DNA from: a virus
Lineage: Duplodnaviria > Caudoviricetes
Direction: 5' to 3' (one strand)
Virus record (IMG/VR): IMGVR_UViG_3300028586_000052
Coordinates: 1 to 35,962 of that record
Length of the DNA: 35,962 nucleotides
A model generated the notes under the pieces. The model saw only the letters and a program-made list of their open reading frames with translations. It did not search any database and was not told the origin of the DNA. This document shows, in pieces, positions 15,934 through 25,649 of the stretch. Positions within the stretch are counted from its first letter, which is position 1; every line of letters begins with the position of its first letter. The translations under genes and the position numbers were made by a program.

Positions 15934-17617
15934 CCCTGTTTCAGCGTACGCACACGAGGTTGTCGCCGGTAGCCGGATCGCCGGGCCCCATGTGCGGCAC
16001 CAAAGCGCGCGCCACCTGGCCGACGTGGCCGAAGGTGCTAAGCGCGGTCTGGTGTGGGACGTTGCCGCGGCGCTGAAAGCGATCGGCTTCTACCGCGACG
16101 TGCTTAAGCTGAACGGCGGCGACTTCGAAGGCAACCCGTTCGAGCTGTTGCCATGGCAGCAGTTCGTGGTCGGCAGCATCTTCGGCTGGAAACGAGATGA
16201 CGGGTACCGGCGTTTCCGCGTTGTTTACGTCGAGACCGCGAAGGGCAGCGGCAAGTCGCCGCTGGCAGCTGGCGTCGGGATGAAGGGCCTGGTCGCCGAT
16301 GGCGAGCCGCGCGCGGAGATCTACGCCGCCGCGACGAAGAAAGACCAGGCGATGATTCTGTTTCGCGACGCCGTCGCGATGCACGACCAGTCACCTGAGC
16401 TGTCGAAACGCCTGACGAAAAGCGGCACCGGCGAGAAGGCCTGGAACCTGGCGTACCTGGCGACCGGATCCTTCTTCCGACCGATCAGCAGCGACGACGG
16501 ACAGTCGGGGCCGCGGCCGCACATTGCCCTGGTCGACGAGTTCCACGAGCACAAGACCGCGACCGTGCTCGAGATGATGCGAGCGGGGACGAAGAGCCGG
16601 CGCCAGGCGCTAATCTTCATCATCACCAATGCTGGCGCCAGTCGTAAGTCGCCGTGCTGGAACTACCACGAGTACGGAGCCAAGGTTGCGCGCGGGGAGG
16701 CGCTAGACGATGCGCTCTTCCCCTATATCTGCGCGCTCGACGAGGAAGACGATCCGTTCGAGAGCGAGGATTGCTGGCCCAAGGCAAATCCGAGCCTGCA
16801 AGACGCGAATCTGCCCGGCTATAAGTACATCCGGGAGCAGGTGACCGAAGCGAAGGGCATGCCTTCGAAAGAGGCGATCGTCCGCCGGTTGAATTTCTGC
16901 CAGTGGACGGATGCCGAATCCCCTTGGATCAGCCACGAGGTTTGGAAAGAGGCGAAGCTCGACTACGAGGTGGAATCGCTGCGCGGGCGCCGCGCCGTGG
17001 CCGGCCTCGACTTGTCGAGCACTACCGACCTTACCGGCCTGGTGTTTCTGGTCGAGCCGGTCGAGCCTGGTGAGCCATGGAAGCTGGTGCCGTATGCCTG
17101 GCTTCCGGACGACAACTTGGCACGGCGGGCGCAGCAAGACATGGTGCCGTACGTGGATTGGAAGGCGGAAGGCCTACTTGATACAACGCCTGGGCGTGCG
17201 ATCAGCAAGCGAATCATTCTGCAAAAGCTGTCGGCCATGTGTGATTTCTTCGAAATTACAGCGTGTGCGTATGACCGCTGGCGCATCGAAGACCTGCAGC
17301 AGCTGGCCAGCGATGACGGAATCAGCCTGCCGCCTATGGAAGCATTCGGCCAAGGCTACAAGGACATGAGTCCGGCCATCGAGCAGTTCGAAACAATGCT
17401 GCTGAATGGAGAGATCGCGCATAACGGGCACAAGGTTCTCACCATGTGCGCCGGCAACGCGGTCACTGTCCAAGACGGTACCGGCAGCCGCAAGCTCGAC
17501 AAGGAGAAGGCGACCGGCCGGATCGACGTAATTCTCGCTGCCGTGATGGCCGCTGCCCTGGTCATCCGCGCGGAGCCGAAGAGCACCAAAATTAACCAAG
17601 GCTTCGTGATTCTCTGA
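15890..17617 (+). CDS. terL: Terminase large subunit
   Basis: LLPWQ, AKGSGKS Walker A, LVDEFHEH Walker B, GLDLSSTTDL, RIDV. Confidence 0.96.
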   Translation: MATRKKTPPPNTSADPVSAYAHEVVAGSRIAGPHVRHQSARHLADVAEGAKRGLVWDVAAALKAIGFYRDVLKLNGGDFEGNPFELLPWQQFVVGSIFGWKRDDGYRRFRVVYVETAKGSGKSPLAAGVGMKGLVADGEPRAEIYAAATKKDQAMILFRDAVAMHDQSPELSKRLTKSGTGEKAWNLAYLATGSFFRPISSDDGQSGPRPHIALVDEFHEHKTATVLEMMRAGTKSRRQALIFIITNAGASRKSPCWNYHEYGAKVARGEALDDALFPYICALDEEDDPFESEDCWPKANPSLQDANLPGYKYIREQVTEAKGMPSKEAIVRRLNFCQWTDAESPWISHEVWKEAKLDYEVESLRGRRAVAGLDLSSTTDLTGLVFLVEPVEPGEPWKLVPYAWLPDDNLARRAQQDMVPYVDWKAEGLLDTTPGRAISKRIILQKLSAMCDFFEITACAYDRWRIEDLQQLASDDGISLPPMEAFGQGYKDMSPAIEQFETMLLNGEIAHNGHKVLTMCAGNAVTVQDGTGSRKLDKEKATGRIDVILAAVMAAALVIRAEPKSTKINQGFVIL

Positions 17618-18918
17618 TGAAAAACCCATTGAAAATGCTGGCGGAAGTCTTCCGAGACGAGCCGTCACCGGCCGCCAGCGCGCGCCAGGAACCGGTCATC
17701 GACGCGCAGAACAGCACGACGCTGGTCAAGTCAAGCGATCCGCAGGTGATTGCAATGCTGGGCGGAGCCCCTGCTGCCTCAGGGTTCGCTGTCACCGCGG
17801 AATCCGCGATGCGCGTGTCGGCTGTGTTCGCTGCAGTGCGGCTGCTGGCCGGCGGCATCGCCTCGCTGCCAGTAGCAGTGTTCCGGGAAGGTGATGAGGG
17901 CCGCGAAGTGATCCGGCCGGACCTGTGGTGGTTGCTAAACGAGCAGCCGATCGCGAACTGGACGGCCGCCTCCATGTGGGAGTGGGTCGTTCAGTCGATC
18001 TGCCTTCGCGGTGACGGATTCGTCGAGATCGTGCGCTCGGGCGCCGACGTCAAAGCGCTGCGTCCACACCATCCGGACATGGTCAGCGTGAAGCGAGTAG
18101 GCGATAGCCTGCTGTACTCGGTCAGCGACGACGTTTCCAGTCTGCGTCCGGTGCATCAGGACGACATGCTGCATTTCCCCGGTTTCGGCTTCAACGGCAC
18201 GCGCAGCATGTCGATCATCCAATGGGCGGCGTTCCAGTCCGTAGGTATCGCGCTGGCGGCTGACACGTTTTCCGCCAGCTTCTACGCGAACGGCGCGGCG
18301 CCGAAGCACCTGCTTGAAGCACCTGGCGAGATGGACGAGGACCAGGCCGACCAGCTGCGCGACGCATACCGCAAGAAGAACTCTGGAGCACATAACGCTG
18401 GCCTGCCGCTGGTGCTCACCCAGGGCGTGACGCTCAAGGAAATGAGCATGTCCGCCGGCGACGCCCAGCTGCTCGAGTCTCGCAAGTTCCAGGTGATCGA
18501 TATCGCCCGGGCCTTCGGTGTACCGCCGCACATGATCGGCGCGCAGGAAACGACCAGCTCATGGGGCACCGGCATCGAGCAGATGTCGATTGGCTTCATC
18601 CGCTGGGCGCTGCAGCCGTACATCAACAGGATCCGGCAGGAGCTGAACCGCAAGCTATTCCGCCGCGCGTCGCCGTTCGTCGAGCACAAGATGGAAGCGC
18701 TGCTGGCGGGCGACTCGAAAGCCGAAGGCGAGCACATGCGCCAGGCGGTCGGCGGCTCGCAGGGCCCTGGCTGGATGACGATCAACGAGATCCGCAAGAT
18801 CAAAAATTTGCCCGCGATTGCTGGCGGAAATGTGCTGTATCGGCCAGAAAAATCCAGCAACCCGCCAACAAAACCGAAGGAAGAAGATGAAACAGCTGGT
18901 GCAACTGATCCGGAATAA
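17617..18918 (+). CDS. HK97-family portal protein
   Basis: SAVFAAVRLLA, DIARAFGVPPHMIG, WMTINEIR. Confidence 0.96.
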   Translation: MKNPLKMLAEVFRDEPSPAASARQEPVIDAQNSTTLVKSSDPQVIAMLGGAPAASGFAVTAESAMRVSAVFAAVRLLAGGIASLPVAVFREGDEGREVIRPDLWWLLNEQPIANWTAASMWEWVVQSICLRGDGFVEIVRSGADVKALRPHHPDMVSVKRVGDSLLYSVSDDVSSLRPVHQDDMLHFPGFGFNGTRSMSIIQWAAFQSVGIALAADTFSASFYANGAAPKHLLEAPGEMDEDQADQLRDAYRKKNSGAHNAGLPLVLTQGVTLKEMSMSAGDAQLLESRKFQVIDIARAFGVPPHMIGAQETTSSWGTGIEQMSIGFIRWALQPYINRIRQELNRKLFRRASPFVEHKMEALLAGDSKAEGEHMRQAVGGSQGPGWMTINEIRKIKNLPAIAGGNVLYRPEKSSNPPTKPKEEDETAGATDPE

Positions 18919-19582
18919 CTCCAAGCGTGAGCCGGCCCGCATCGTCGCCGAGGACAAACCCGACACCCTGTTCCTGTACGACGTGATCGACCCATACTGG
19001 GGCATCGGCGCGAGCGACTTCAATAAGTCGCTGGCCGCGATGGCAGGCAAGAAGGTCACGCTGCGCGTGAACTGCCCGGGCGGCGACGTCTTTGACGGGC
19101 GTGCAATGGCCGCGGCGATCGCGCAGCACGGCGACGTCCACGCGGTCATCGAAGGCGTGGCCGCGAGCGCTGCCACCTTCGTCACCGCGGCGTGCGCATC
19201 GATCACCATCGCCAAGGGCGCCCTGTACATGATCCACAACGCCTGGACGATGGCCTACGGGAACAAGTCGGACCTGCGCCAGACGGCCGATCTGCTCGAC
19301 ACGATCGACGGCACCATCCTCGACGACTACGAGCGCCTGACTGGTCAGCCTCGCGAGCAGCTCGCCGCCTGGATGGACGCTGAGACCTGGTTCAACGCTG
19401 ACCAGGCAGTCGAGCATGGCTTTGCCGGTTCGGTTGCCGAATCCGGCGCCGCGAAAAACTCCTGGGATCTGTCGGCCTACAAGAATGCCCCGCAGCCGCC
19501 GGCGCCTGCCGATGACGGCGAGCAGTGGGAGGCGCTGCGCCAGCGCAACCTGAACCGCCTGCGCATTCACGAACTTGGATAG
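18887..19582 (+). CDS. ClpP-like head maturation protease
   Basis: NCPGGDVFDG, GVAASAAT, MIHNAW, ETWFNADQAVEHGF. Confidence 0.95.
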   Translation: MKQLVQLIRNNSKREPARIVAEDKPDTLFLYDVIDPYWGIGASDFNKSLAAMAGKKVTLRVNCPGGDVFDGRAMAAAIAQHGDVHAVIEGVAASAATFVTAACASITIAKGALYMIHNAWTMAYGNKSDLRQTADLLDTIDGTILDDYERLTGQPREQLAAWMDAETWFNADQAVEHGFAGSVAESGAAKNSWDLSAYKNAPQPPAPADDGEQWEALRQRNLNRLRIHELG

Positions 19583-19605
19583 CGCGCTCGCGCAATCCAT
19601 CCACC

Positions 19606-19628
19606 GGCCGCCCTGAGCGGCCTTTTTT
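19606..19628 (+). terminator. Terminator-like hairpin before the capsid gene
   Basis: GGCCGC-CCTGA-GCGGCC-TTTTTT. Confidence 0.6.
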
Positions 19629-19652
19629 ACGTCTGTCACACAAGGAAAACGG

Positions 19653-20870
19653 ATGAAATCCATTCAAGCATTGCGCGAGCAGAAACAGCAACTCGCCCGC
19701 GAAGCACGCGCCCAACTTGCCGAGAAGGGCGATCGCGTCTGGACGAAGGAAGACCAGGTCATCTTCGACAAGCGCTCCGACGATATCGAAGCGATCGACA
19801 ACCAGATCAGCGCCGTCGAGCGCGTGATGGCTCTCGAAACCGAGAAGGATCACACCGACGTCGAGCAGTTCCGCCGCAATCCTGAAAACCGCGCCGAAGC
19901 GGAAGCGCGCGCTGCCTTCGCGAAATTGGTGCGCCACGGCCCGTCGGCGCTGACGAGCGAAGAACTGCACAAGGTGCGGAATGTCACCTCGACGGGCGTC
20001 GGTTCGCAAGGCGGCTATACCGTCCAGACCGACGTCGCCAAGGAGCTGATCGACACGCTAAAGGCTTACGGCGGAATGCGCGGCGTGGCCGCAAGCATCA
20101 CCACCAGCCAAGGCAATGCGCTGAGCTATCCGACCTCGGATGGCACCTCGGAAGAGGGTGAATGGGTGCCAGAGAATGGCCAAGCGACTGCGGGTGACCC
20201 CAGCTTCGGCACCGTGGGCCTGAATGCCTTCAAGGCGAGCACCAAAATCATCACCATCCCGATCGAGCTGCTGCAGGACAGCTCGATCGACATCATCGCG
20301 ATGGTGAACAAGCGTCAGCGTGATCGTCTGGGCCGCACCATGAACAAAGGCTTCACCATCGGCACCGGTACCGGCCAGCCGACCGGCTTCGTGACTGCTG
20401 CGAGCGTGGGCAAGGTCGGCGCCACCGGTACCGCCACTGCACCGACCTGGGAAGACCTGGTCGACCTGCAGGAATCGATCGACCAGGCCTACAAAGACGC
20501 CGGCACCTGCCGCTTCATGATGCACCAGCAGACCCGCAAGGCCGTGCGCAAGCTGAAAGATGGCGCGGGCCGCCCGATCTGGGCAGAAGCGTATGAAGCC
20601 GGCATCAAGTCGGGCATTCCAGCGCAGCTGCTGGGCGAAGACGTCGCGATCAACAACGACATGGCCCAGCCCGGCGCCAACGCAAAGTCGATCGGCTACG
20701 GCGACTTCTCGAAGTACATGATTCGCGACGTGCTCGACCTGATCCTGTTCCGCTTCGAAGATTCGGCCTTCGCGTCGAAGGGCCAAGTCGGCTTCCTGGG
20801 CTGGGCGCGCGCCGGCGGCAATCTGCTGGACGCGAACGGCATCAAGATTTTCCAGCACTCGGCCACCTGA
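19653..20870 (+). CDS. HK97-fold major capsid protein
   Basis: Coiled-coil delta domain, GGYTV, ELLQDS, GTGTGQPTG, LKDGAGRPIW, GDFSKY. Confidence 0.96.
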   Translation: MKSIQALREQKQQLAREARAQLAEKGDRVWTKEDQVIFDKRSDDIEAIDNQISAVERVMALETEKDHTDVEQFRRNPENRAEAEARAAFAKLVRHGPSALTSEELHKVRNVTSTGVGSQGGYTVQTDVAKELIDTLKAYGGMRGVAASITTSQGNALSYPTSDGTSEEGEWVPENGQATAGDPSFGTVGLNAFKASTKIITIPIELLQDSSIDIIAMVNKRQRDRLGRTMNKGFTIGTGTGQPTGFVTAASVGKVGATGTATAPTWEDLVDLQESIDQAYKDAGTCRFMMHQQTRKAVRKLKDGAGRPIWAEAYEAGIKSGIPAQLLGEDVAINNDMAQPGANAKSIGYGDFSKYMIRDVLDLILFRFEDSAFASKGQVGFLGWARAGGNLLDANGIKIFQHSAT

Positions 20871-20916
20871 TCAACCTGCGGCCGGCTGACGCTGGCCGCA
20901 TCACCTGGAGAGCAAT

Positions 20917-21084
20917 ATGGCAGAAGCCAAAAAGAAGAAGGCGCGCGTGCTTGTCGCATGCGAGCTCGGTCAACCGAACGACGTCGTCGAGGTCGACGCA
21001 GCGCAGGAGAAGGCGCTGGCAGATGTGGTCGACACGTCGCCGGAAGCGGTCGCCTACGCTGAATCGCTGGCCGCTGAGCAGTAA
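20917..21084 (+). CDS. 55-aa post-capsid protein (not in ORF track)
   Basis: GGAGAG RBS; MAEAKKKKARVLVACELGQPNDVVEVD...AVAYAESLAAEQ*. Confidence 0.75.
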   Translation: MAEAKKKKARVLVACELGQPNDVVEVDAAQEKALADVVDTSPEAVAYAESLAAEQ

Positions 21085-21102
21085 CCACCAGGGCAGACCG
21101 CC

Positions 21103-21369
21103 ATGACCCACCTGCATATGACCCCCATGGTCTCGACCATCCGCGTGTACGACGCGCCGGGCGGCTACGAGGAACGCCGGAAGTACCTGGGAATCATGAC
21201 GGTCAGCCACCTGACTGACCGTGTCGCCTGGGTGCACGGCGCCGTCGGCCAGATCACCCGCGCGACACACGCGCAGGCCATGGCCATGCTCGCCGCGCGT
21301 GGCGTCACCACGGTGATGTACGAGCGGCGCGGGCAAATGAAAACAATAAGCTTGAAATCGAAGGAATAG
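21103..21369 (+). CDS. Hypothetical protein
   Basis: 88-aa ORF in the structural operon. Confidence 0.7.
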   Translation: MTHLHMTPMVSTIRVYDAPGGYEERRKYLGIMTVSHLTDRVAWVHGAVGQITRATHAQAMAMLAARGVTTVMYERRGQMKTISLKSKE

Positions 21370-21371
21370 AT

Positions 21372-21791
21372 ATGGCGCAGCAATTCTCCGTCGCGGTGCG
21401 TAATGCCCGCCTCGATGCAATCGAGTCGGCCATCGGCGCGGCGCCAAAACTGCGCTTCTACAGCGGCGCTCAGCCGGCCAGCTGTGCTGCGGCGCGCACC
21501 GGTACGCTGCTGGCGGAATTGGCGCTGCCTTCCGACTGGATGGCTCAAGCCGGCAGCGGCGCCAAGGCTTTCTCCGGAACATGGGCGGGCACCGGCGCAG
21601 CTGCTGCCGGTATTGGTACGAACATCGGCCACTTCGCGATCTTGGATTCCGCCGGCACAACCTGCCACCAGCAGGGCAAGGTCGGCGCCACCGGCGACGC
21701 CACGGCCGATATGACCGTCGACAACCTGAGTCTGGCTCAAGGCCAGTCGATCGCGGTTACGGCGTTCACCCTGACCGAAGGTGGCGCGTGA
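21372..21791 (+). CDS. Putative virion structural/decoration protein
   Basis: Ala/Gly/Thr-rich (RNARLDAI...YSGAQP...GTLLAEL), typical of virion appendage-base proteins. Confidence 0.7.
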   Translation: MAQQFSVAVRNARLDAIESAIGAAPKLRFYSGAQPASCAAARTGTLLAELALPSDWMAQAGSGAKAFSGTWAGTGAAAAGIGTNIGHFAILDSAGTTCHQQGKVGATGDATADMTVDNLSLAQGQSIAVTAFTLTEGGA

Positions 21792-22171
21792 TGAAGCGAT
21801 ACTACTTGACCGACATCCTCGGCACTGGCGAGGCCGACATCGACGAGTTCCGCCCTGTGCCAGCGGAATACCGGGCCAACTTCTCCTGGTCGATGCCATC
21901 GGACGAGGACGGCATGCCGCTCAACGACTGGGGCCTAGTGGAAGTCAGCCTGGCAAGCGATGCGGCGCTGGCAGCCATGGCCGCCGATCCGCGGCTCGAC
22001 CCGCTGCCTCACGTGGCGGTCGGTACGCTGATCGGAGAAATCGACCCAGATGCCCTCCAGCTGCTACGCGCGGCCCTGATCCGGCGCGGCATTAATGTCG
22101 ATGCCGTAGACAGCGCGTCGACCTTCGCGGGCATCCTGGACAATATCACCTGGCATTCCAACCACCCGTAA
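21791..22171 (+). CDS. Hypothetical protein
   Basis: ATG 21791 overlaps the upstream TGA; MKRYYLTDILG... Confidence 0.7.
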   Translation: MKRYYLTDILGTGEADIDEFRPVPAEYRANFSWSMPSDEDGMPLNDWGLVEVSLASDAALAAMAADPRLDPLPHVAVGTLIGEIDPDALQLLRAALIRRGINVDAVDSASTFAGILDNITWHSNHP

Positions 22172-22174
22172 AGC

Positions 22175-23299
22175 ATGGCGAGCCCAATTTTTACGGATGG
22201 GTTTGAAGCGCCGGATGGAACCCTGCTCGAGGCGTATTCGGCCTCATGGGTGCGCTCGACCGTATCGGGCAACACCGGCCCGTTGCAAATTACGGCTGGG
22301 CGGGCGGTCCAACAGAGTTCGACCGCCGCTGTTTACTGTCGTAGCGATGTTTCACCGCCGAGTCCAAATTACGACGTCAGTGCCACGCTGTTTTTCAACA
22401 GTAGCAAAAATTCGCCATCGGTAGGCGTCTGCGGCCGTATGGCGGGGCCTGGTAGCGCGCCCATCACCTTCTACCAGGCGCGCCTGGTAAACAACGGTTC
22501 CGGCATCGTGCTGGCGCGGTTCCTCAATGGGACCACCGTTACACTGTCTTCGGTCGCAGCCAGCTGGTTGTTTGGCGAAGACCCGTTGCTGACGCTGCGG
22601 ATGGATGGCGCCCAACTTAGCGTCCTGCTGAATGGCGCGCTGGTCCTTGGGCCGATAACGGACGACCGCATCACTGGCGCCGGATACACGGGCCTGCGAT
22701 TCGCCAGTGCCAACACCGACCAGCTACGGGCAGACAACTTCATCGTTACGCCGCTGGACGCGGCGCCGGGTGCAGTCAGCGCCGTGCTGAATGCGATGCT
22801 GGAAGGGCCAGCGCTCAGCAGCTCCGCGCAGACGCAGGCATCTGCTGCGCTCTCCAGGACTCTCGAGCCGGCGACCCTGTCATCGACGGGACGGCTCGCC
22901 TCAACGGCCGGCATGGCCAAGACGCTGGAGCCCGCCGCACTTGCAGCTTCAGCGCACGTCGCGCCTGTTAAGCCGGTGCCAGAAGGCGTCGAGGTGACCC
23001 TTTCGAAAGTGCTGGACAGCCCGACGCTCATTGCGGCGGCCAGGCTGGCGGTCAAGGGCTCGCTGTCATCGACGATTGCCGGTCCAGCCCTGGTAGCAGC
23101 TGCAAAAGTAGCAGGAGCGGTGGCGCCGCCGTTTGATATTTCCAAGATCCATCCGTCCCGCATCGTCGTGTTCGAGGGCAGCGGTAGCCGCGTTACGCCC
23201 TTCGAGGGCAGCGGATCGCGCGTCACGATTCACGAGGGCAGCGGTTCCCGGCTTACCCCTTTCGAGGGGAGCGGCAGCAGAATTACGAGGTTCCAATGA
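22175..23299 (+). CDS. Putative head fibre/appendage: lectin-like beta-sandwich plus repetitive shaft
   Basis: FTDGF...LRMDGAQLSVLLNG...ITDDRITGAGYTGL...DNF (ConA/LamG-like pattern), then ~21-aa and 10-aa repeats. Confidence 0.65.
   Translation: MASPIFTDGFEAPDGTLLEAYSASWVRSTVSGNTGPLQITAGRAVQQSSTAAVYCRSDVSPPSPNYDVSATLFFNSSKNSPSVGVCGRMAGPGSAPITFYQARLVNNGSGIVLARFLNGTTVTLSSVAASWLFGEDPLLTLRMDGAQLSVLLNGALVLGPITDDRITGAGYTGLRFASANTDQLRADNFIVTPLDAAPGAVSAVLNAMLEGPALSSSAQTQASAALSRTLEPATLSSTGRLASTAGMAKTLEPAALAASAHVAPVKPVPEGVEVTLSKVLDSPTLIAAARLAVKGSLSSTIAGPALVAAAKVAGAVAPPFDISKIHPSRIVVFEGSGSRVTPFEGSGSRVTIHEGSGSRLTPFEGSGSRITRFQ
23171..23293 (+). repeat. Four 30-bp tandem repeats encoding xTxFEGSGSR
   Basis: CGAGGG(C/G)AGCGG cores at a 30-bp period (units start 23171, 23201, 23231, 23261). 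Confidence 0.9.
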
Positions 23300-23631
23300 G
23301 TATGAAAGAACCGACCCTAATCGGCGATCGCTGGACGGTCGACCGCGACGCGGACGAGATCAGCTACTACGGCGCCGACATTACCCAGGAACTGATCGAC
23401 CGGGCCACCACGGCCGCATCGGTGGCGCTGGTCCTGGTGGGTGTGGCGCAGGTCGAGCTGCCCGAGATCGTGGTGGCATCGCTGGAAGGCGTCGAGCGCA
23501 CGTACATCGTCGCGCTGCTGGGCCCGATCGCTGAGCCACCGCCCGAGGGCTGGAAGTGGGTGGCGCGCGTCACGTGCGCGAACGGCGAGCGATTCGACAA
23601 AACGACCTGGTTCAACGAGGTGGATCCATGA
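23296..23631 (+). CDS. Hypothetical structural protein
   Basis: ATGA-coupled; RVTCANGERFDKT pattern. Confidence 0.7.
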   Translation: MSMKEPTLIGDRWTVDRDADEISYYGADITQELIDRATTAASVALVLVGVAQVELPEIVVASLEGVERTYIVALLGPIAEPPPEGWKWVARVTCANGERFDKTTWFNEVDP

Positions 23632-23810
23632 CATACGACGTATCCAAACTGCCTGCCGTGCGCGCCCAGCTCGAGCGTGATATCGCTGCAGCTAAGACTG
23701 GTCAGAGCGGGCAGTCAGCGCCGGTGCCGGAGTACGCACGGGCGCCGATCTCGACCGGCGGCCAGGCCGGCGCAGGCCGGCCGCCAGCAACACAAGGAAC
23801 GACCCGATGA
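23628..23810 (+). CDS. Small hypothetical protein
   Basis: GAGGTGG RBS, MTYDVSKLP...; ATGA-coupled on both sides. Confidence 0.65.
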   Translation: MTYDVSKLPAVRAQLERDIAAAKTGQSGQSAPVPEYARAPISTGGQAGAGRPPATQGTTR

Positions 23811-24352
23811 CGAAGCGACAAATCATTCCGCCGGCGGCCATGGCGGTGTCGATCGAGGCCGCGCGCCGCGCCGCGCGCGCCAGCGGCACCTCGCTTGATG
23901 CAGAGCTCGAGGATAAGGTGCGGGGCATCACCGAAGAAGTGGAGCACAAGATCGGCCGCGCGCTGATCACCCAGACCTGGGAATTGACGCTCGACTTCTT
24001 TCCCGCCGCCGGCGCGATCAAGCTGCCGATGGCGCGCCTGCAGCAGATCGAGCACGTGAAGTTCCACGCTGTGGATAACTTGCTGCGCACGCTAGACCCG
24101 CAGGACTACCTGGTCGATGTAAAGAGCGAGCCGGGCTGGATCCTTCCGGCGACGGGCCGAACATGGCCGGCGACGCAGCAACGCATGAACGCGGTCGAAG
24201 TGCAGTACGTGTGCGGGTATGGCCCGAATGAGGCTGATGTGCCACCAGCTATAAAGGATTACATCCTGGGCGTGCTCGAGAACCACTACTACCCGAACCC
24301 TAACGCCCACCACCTTGCGCGCCGGCTCGATCGCTTCGTGGTGTACGGATGA
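23807..24352 (+). CDS. Head-tail connector protein (gp6-like)
   Basis: GRALITQTWELTLDFFP, NAVEVQYVCGYG, VPPAIK. Confidence 0.9.
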   Translation: MTKRQIIPPAAMAVSIEAARRAARASGTSLDAELEDKVRGITEEVEHKIGRALITQTWELTLDFFPAAGAIKLPMARLQQIEHVKFHAVDNLLRTLDPQDYLVDVKSEPGWILPATGRTWPATQQRMNAVEVQYVCGYGPNEADVPPAIKDYILGVLENHYYPNPNAHHLARRLDRFVVYG

Positions 24353-24705
24353 CGGCGCCGTTCCGCCTCGACGAGCAGGTGACGATCGAGCAGCGCACTG
24401 TCGAGAAGGATCCGCACTACGGCACCGACATCGAGGGCAGCGAGGCTTGGGTGCCGGTTGCGGCCGCGATCTGGGCCAATGCCCAGGACCTGTTGCCGAG
24501 CCGCGGCGAAGCGGCATCGAATGGCCTGATCACCGCGGTGACGCGCACGCGGCTGAGGATCCAGAACGACGAGCGAATCACCGCCGCCATGCGCGTGGTC
24601 CTGCACGGCAAGGGCGGCCGCGTGATGCAGATCATTGCCGGTCCGGCGCTGCTGGACGACCGGCGGCATGTTGAATTCATGCTGGAAGGGTATTCGCATG
24701 GCTAA
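24349..24705 (+). CDS. Head closure / head-tail adaptor
   Basis: LDEQVTIEQ...W...IWAN...ITAAMRV. Confidence 0.85.
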   Translation: MTAPFRLDEQVTIEQRTVEKDPHYGTDIEGSEAWVPVAAAIWANAQDLLPSRGEAASNGLITAVTRTRLRIQNDERITAAMRVVLHGKGGRVMQIIAGPALLDDRRHVEFMLEGYSHG

Positions 24706-25180
24706 TGAAGCAATCACCGGCGGGCGCGAGCTGGACGCTTTCTTGCAGCAGGTGTCCGTGAAAGTCGAGAAGAATATCCTGCGCGCTGCGTTACGCGCCG
24801 GTGCCAACGAATTCAAGAAGGACGCCCAGCAGCAGGTTCCGGTCGACGAAGGGGATTTGCGCCGCAGCGTGCGCGTGTCGACCCGGTCGAGGAAGGGCAC
24901 GGTCTATGCCTACCTGAAAGCGGGCGGCCGCCGCGCTCCGCATGCGCACCTGGTCGAGTTCGGCACGGCGGCGCACAAGATCATGGCGAAGACGGGCAGC
25001 GCGCTCGTGGTCAATGGCAAGGCGGTGCGCGACGTCGACCACCCTGGGGCCAAGGCTAAGCCATTCATGCGGCCGTCGTTCGATACCGGCGCGCAGTCGG
25101 CGCTGGTCGCGGTCGGCGCGAAGATTCGCGAGCGCCTGACGAAAGAGAACATCAACGTGCCGGCGCCGGAGGGCCTATGA
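24698..25180 (+). CDS. HK97 gp10-family tail component
   Basis: PVDEGDLRRS, HLVEFGT, AKPFMRPSFD. Confidence 0.9.
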   Translation: MANEAITGGRELDAFLQQVSVKVEKNILRAALRAGANEFKKDAQQQVPVDEGDLRRSVRVSTRSRKGTVYAYLKAGGRRAPHAHLVEFGTAAHKIMAKTGSALVVNGKAVRDVDHPGAKAKPFMRPSFDTGAQSALVAVGAKIRERLTKENINVPAPEGL

Positions 25181-25578
25181 GCGTGAAAGTCATCCGCGCG
25201 CTGCTGCTCGGCGCCGCCGCAGTTATAGCGCGCGCACCCGGCGACCGTATTGCGGCCGGCAACGTGTCCGTCGACAAGGGCCTGCCAGCGATCGGCATTA
25301 CTGAGGTTGCCACCGTGCCGATCGGAGCGTTTGACGCCCAGGCAGAGGCAACGATCGTGACCAGCCGCGTGCAGGTGACGGTGGTCGGAAAGCCATATCC
25401 GGACGTCATCTCGCTGATCGACCTGGTGCGGCGCGCATGCAACTTCGAGCGCGGCCAGATCGCCGGCATCGACGTTGTCAGCGTGCTGCGCGACACCGTC
25501 GGCCCGGACATGGAAGACGTGGCTGGCAACACGATCAAAACCATCGACTTCAAGGTCACATACCACGAGCCGAACTAG
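25177..25578 (+). CDS. Tail completion/terminator protein (DUF3168-like)
   Basis: Position; LPAI, RVQVTV, DF motifs. Confidence 0.8.
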   Translation: MSVKVIRALLLGAAAVIARAPGDRIAAGNVSVDKGLPAIGITEVATVPIGAFDAQAEATIVTSRVQVTVVGKPYPDVISLIDLVRRACNFERGQIAGIDVVSVLRDTVGPDMEDVAGNTIKTIDFKVTYHEPN

Positions 25579-25600
25579 CAGTATCAGCAACTTCACCCCG

Positions 25601-25632
25601 GGCCCGCACAGCACTCGCTTGCGGGCCTTTTT
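25601..25632 (+). terminator. Terminator-like hairpin before the tail tube gene
   Basis: GGCCCGCA...TGCGGGCC TTTTT. Confidence 0.6.
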
Positions 25633-25649
25633 ATTTCAAAGGAAACGAA

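Noticed and set aside
23171-23293. Regularly spaced repeats resembling a mini CRISPR array
   Set aside because: The period is exactly 30 bp, in frame, encodes a peptide repeat with synonymous variation, has no unique spacers, and there are no cas genes.
24070-24078. Second DnaA-box match TGTGGATAA
   Set aside because: Lies inside the connector coding sequence and is isolated; likely chance.
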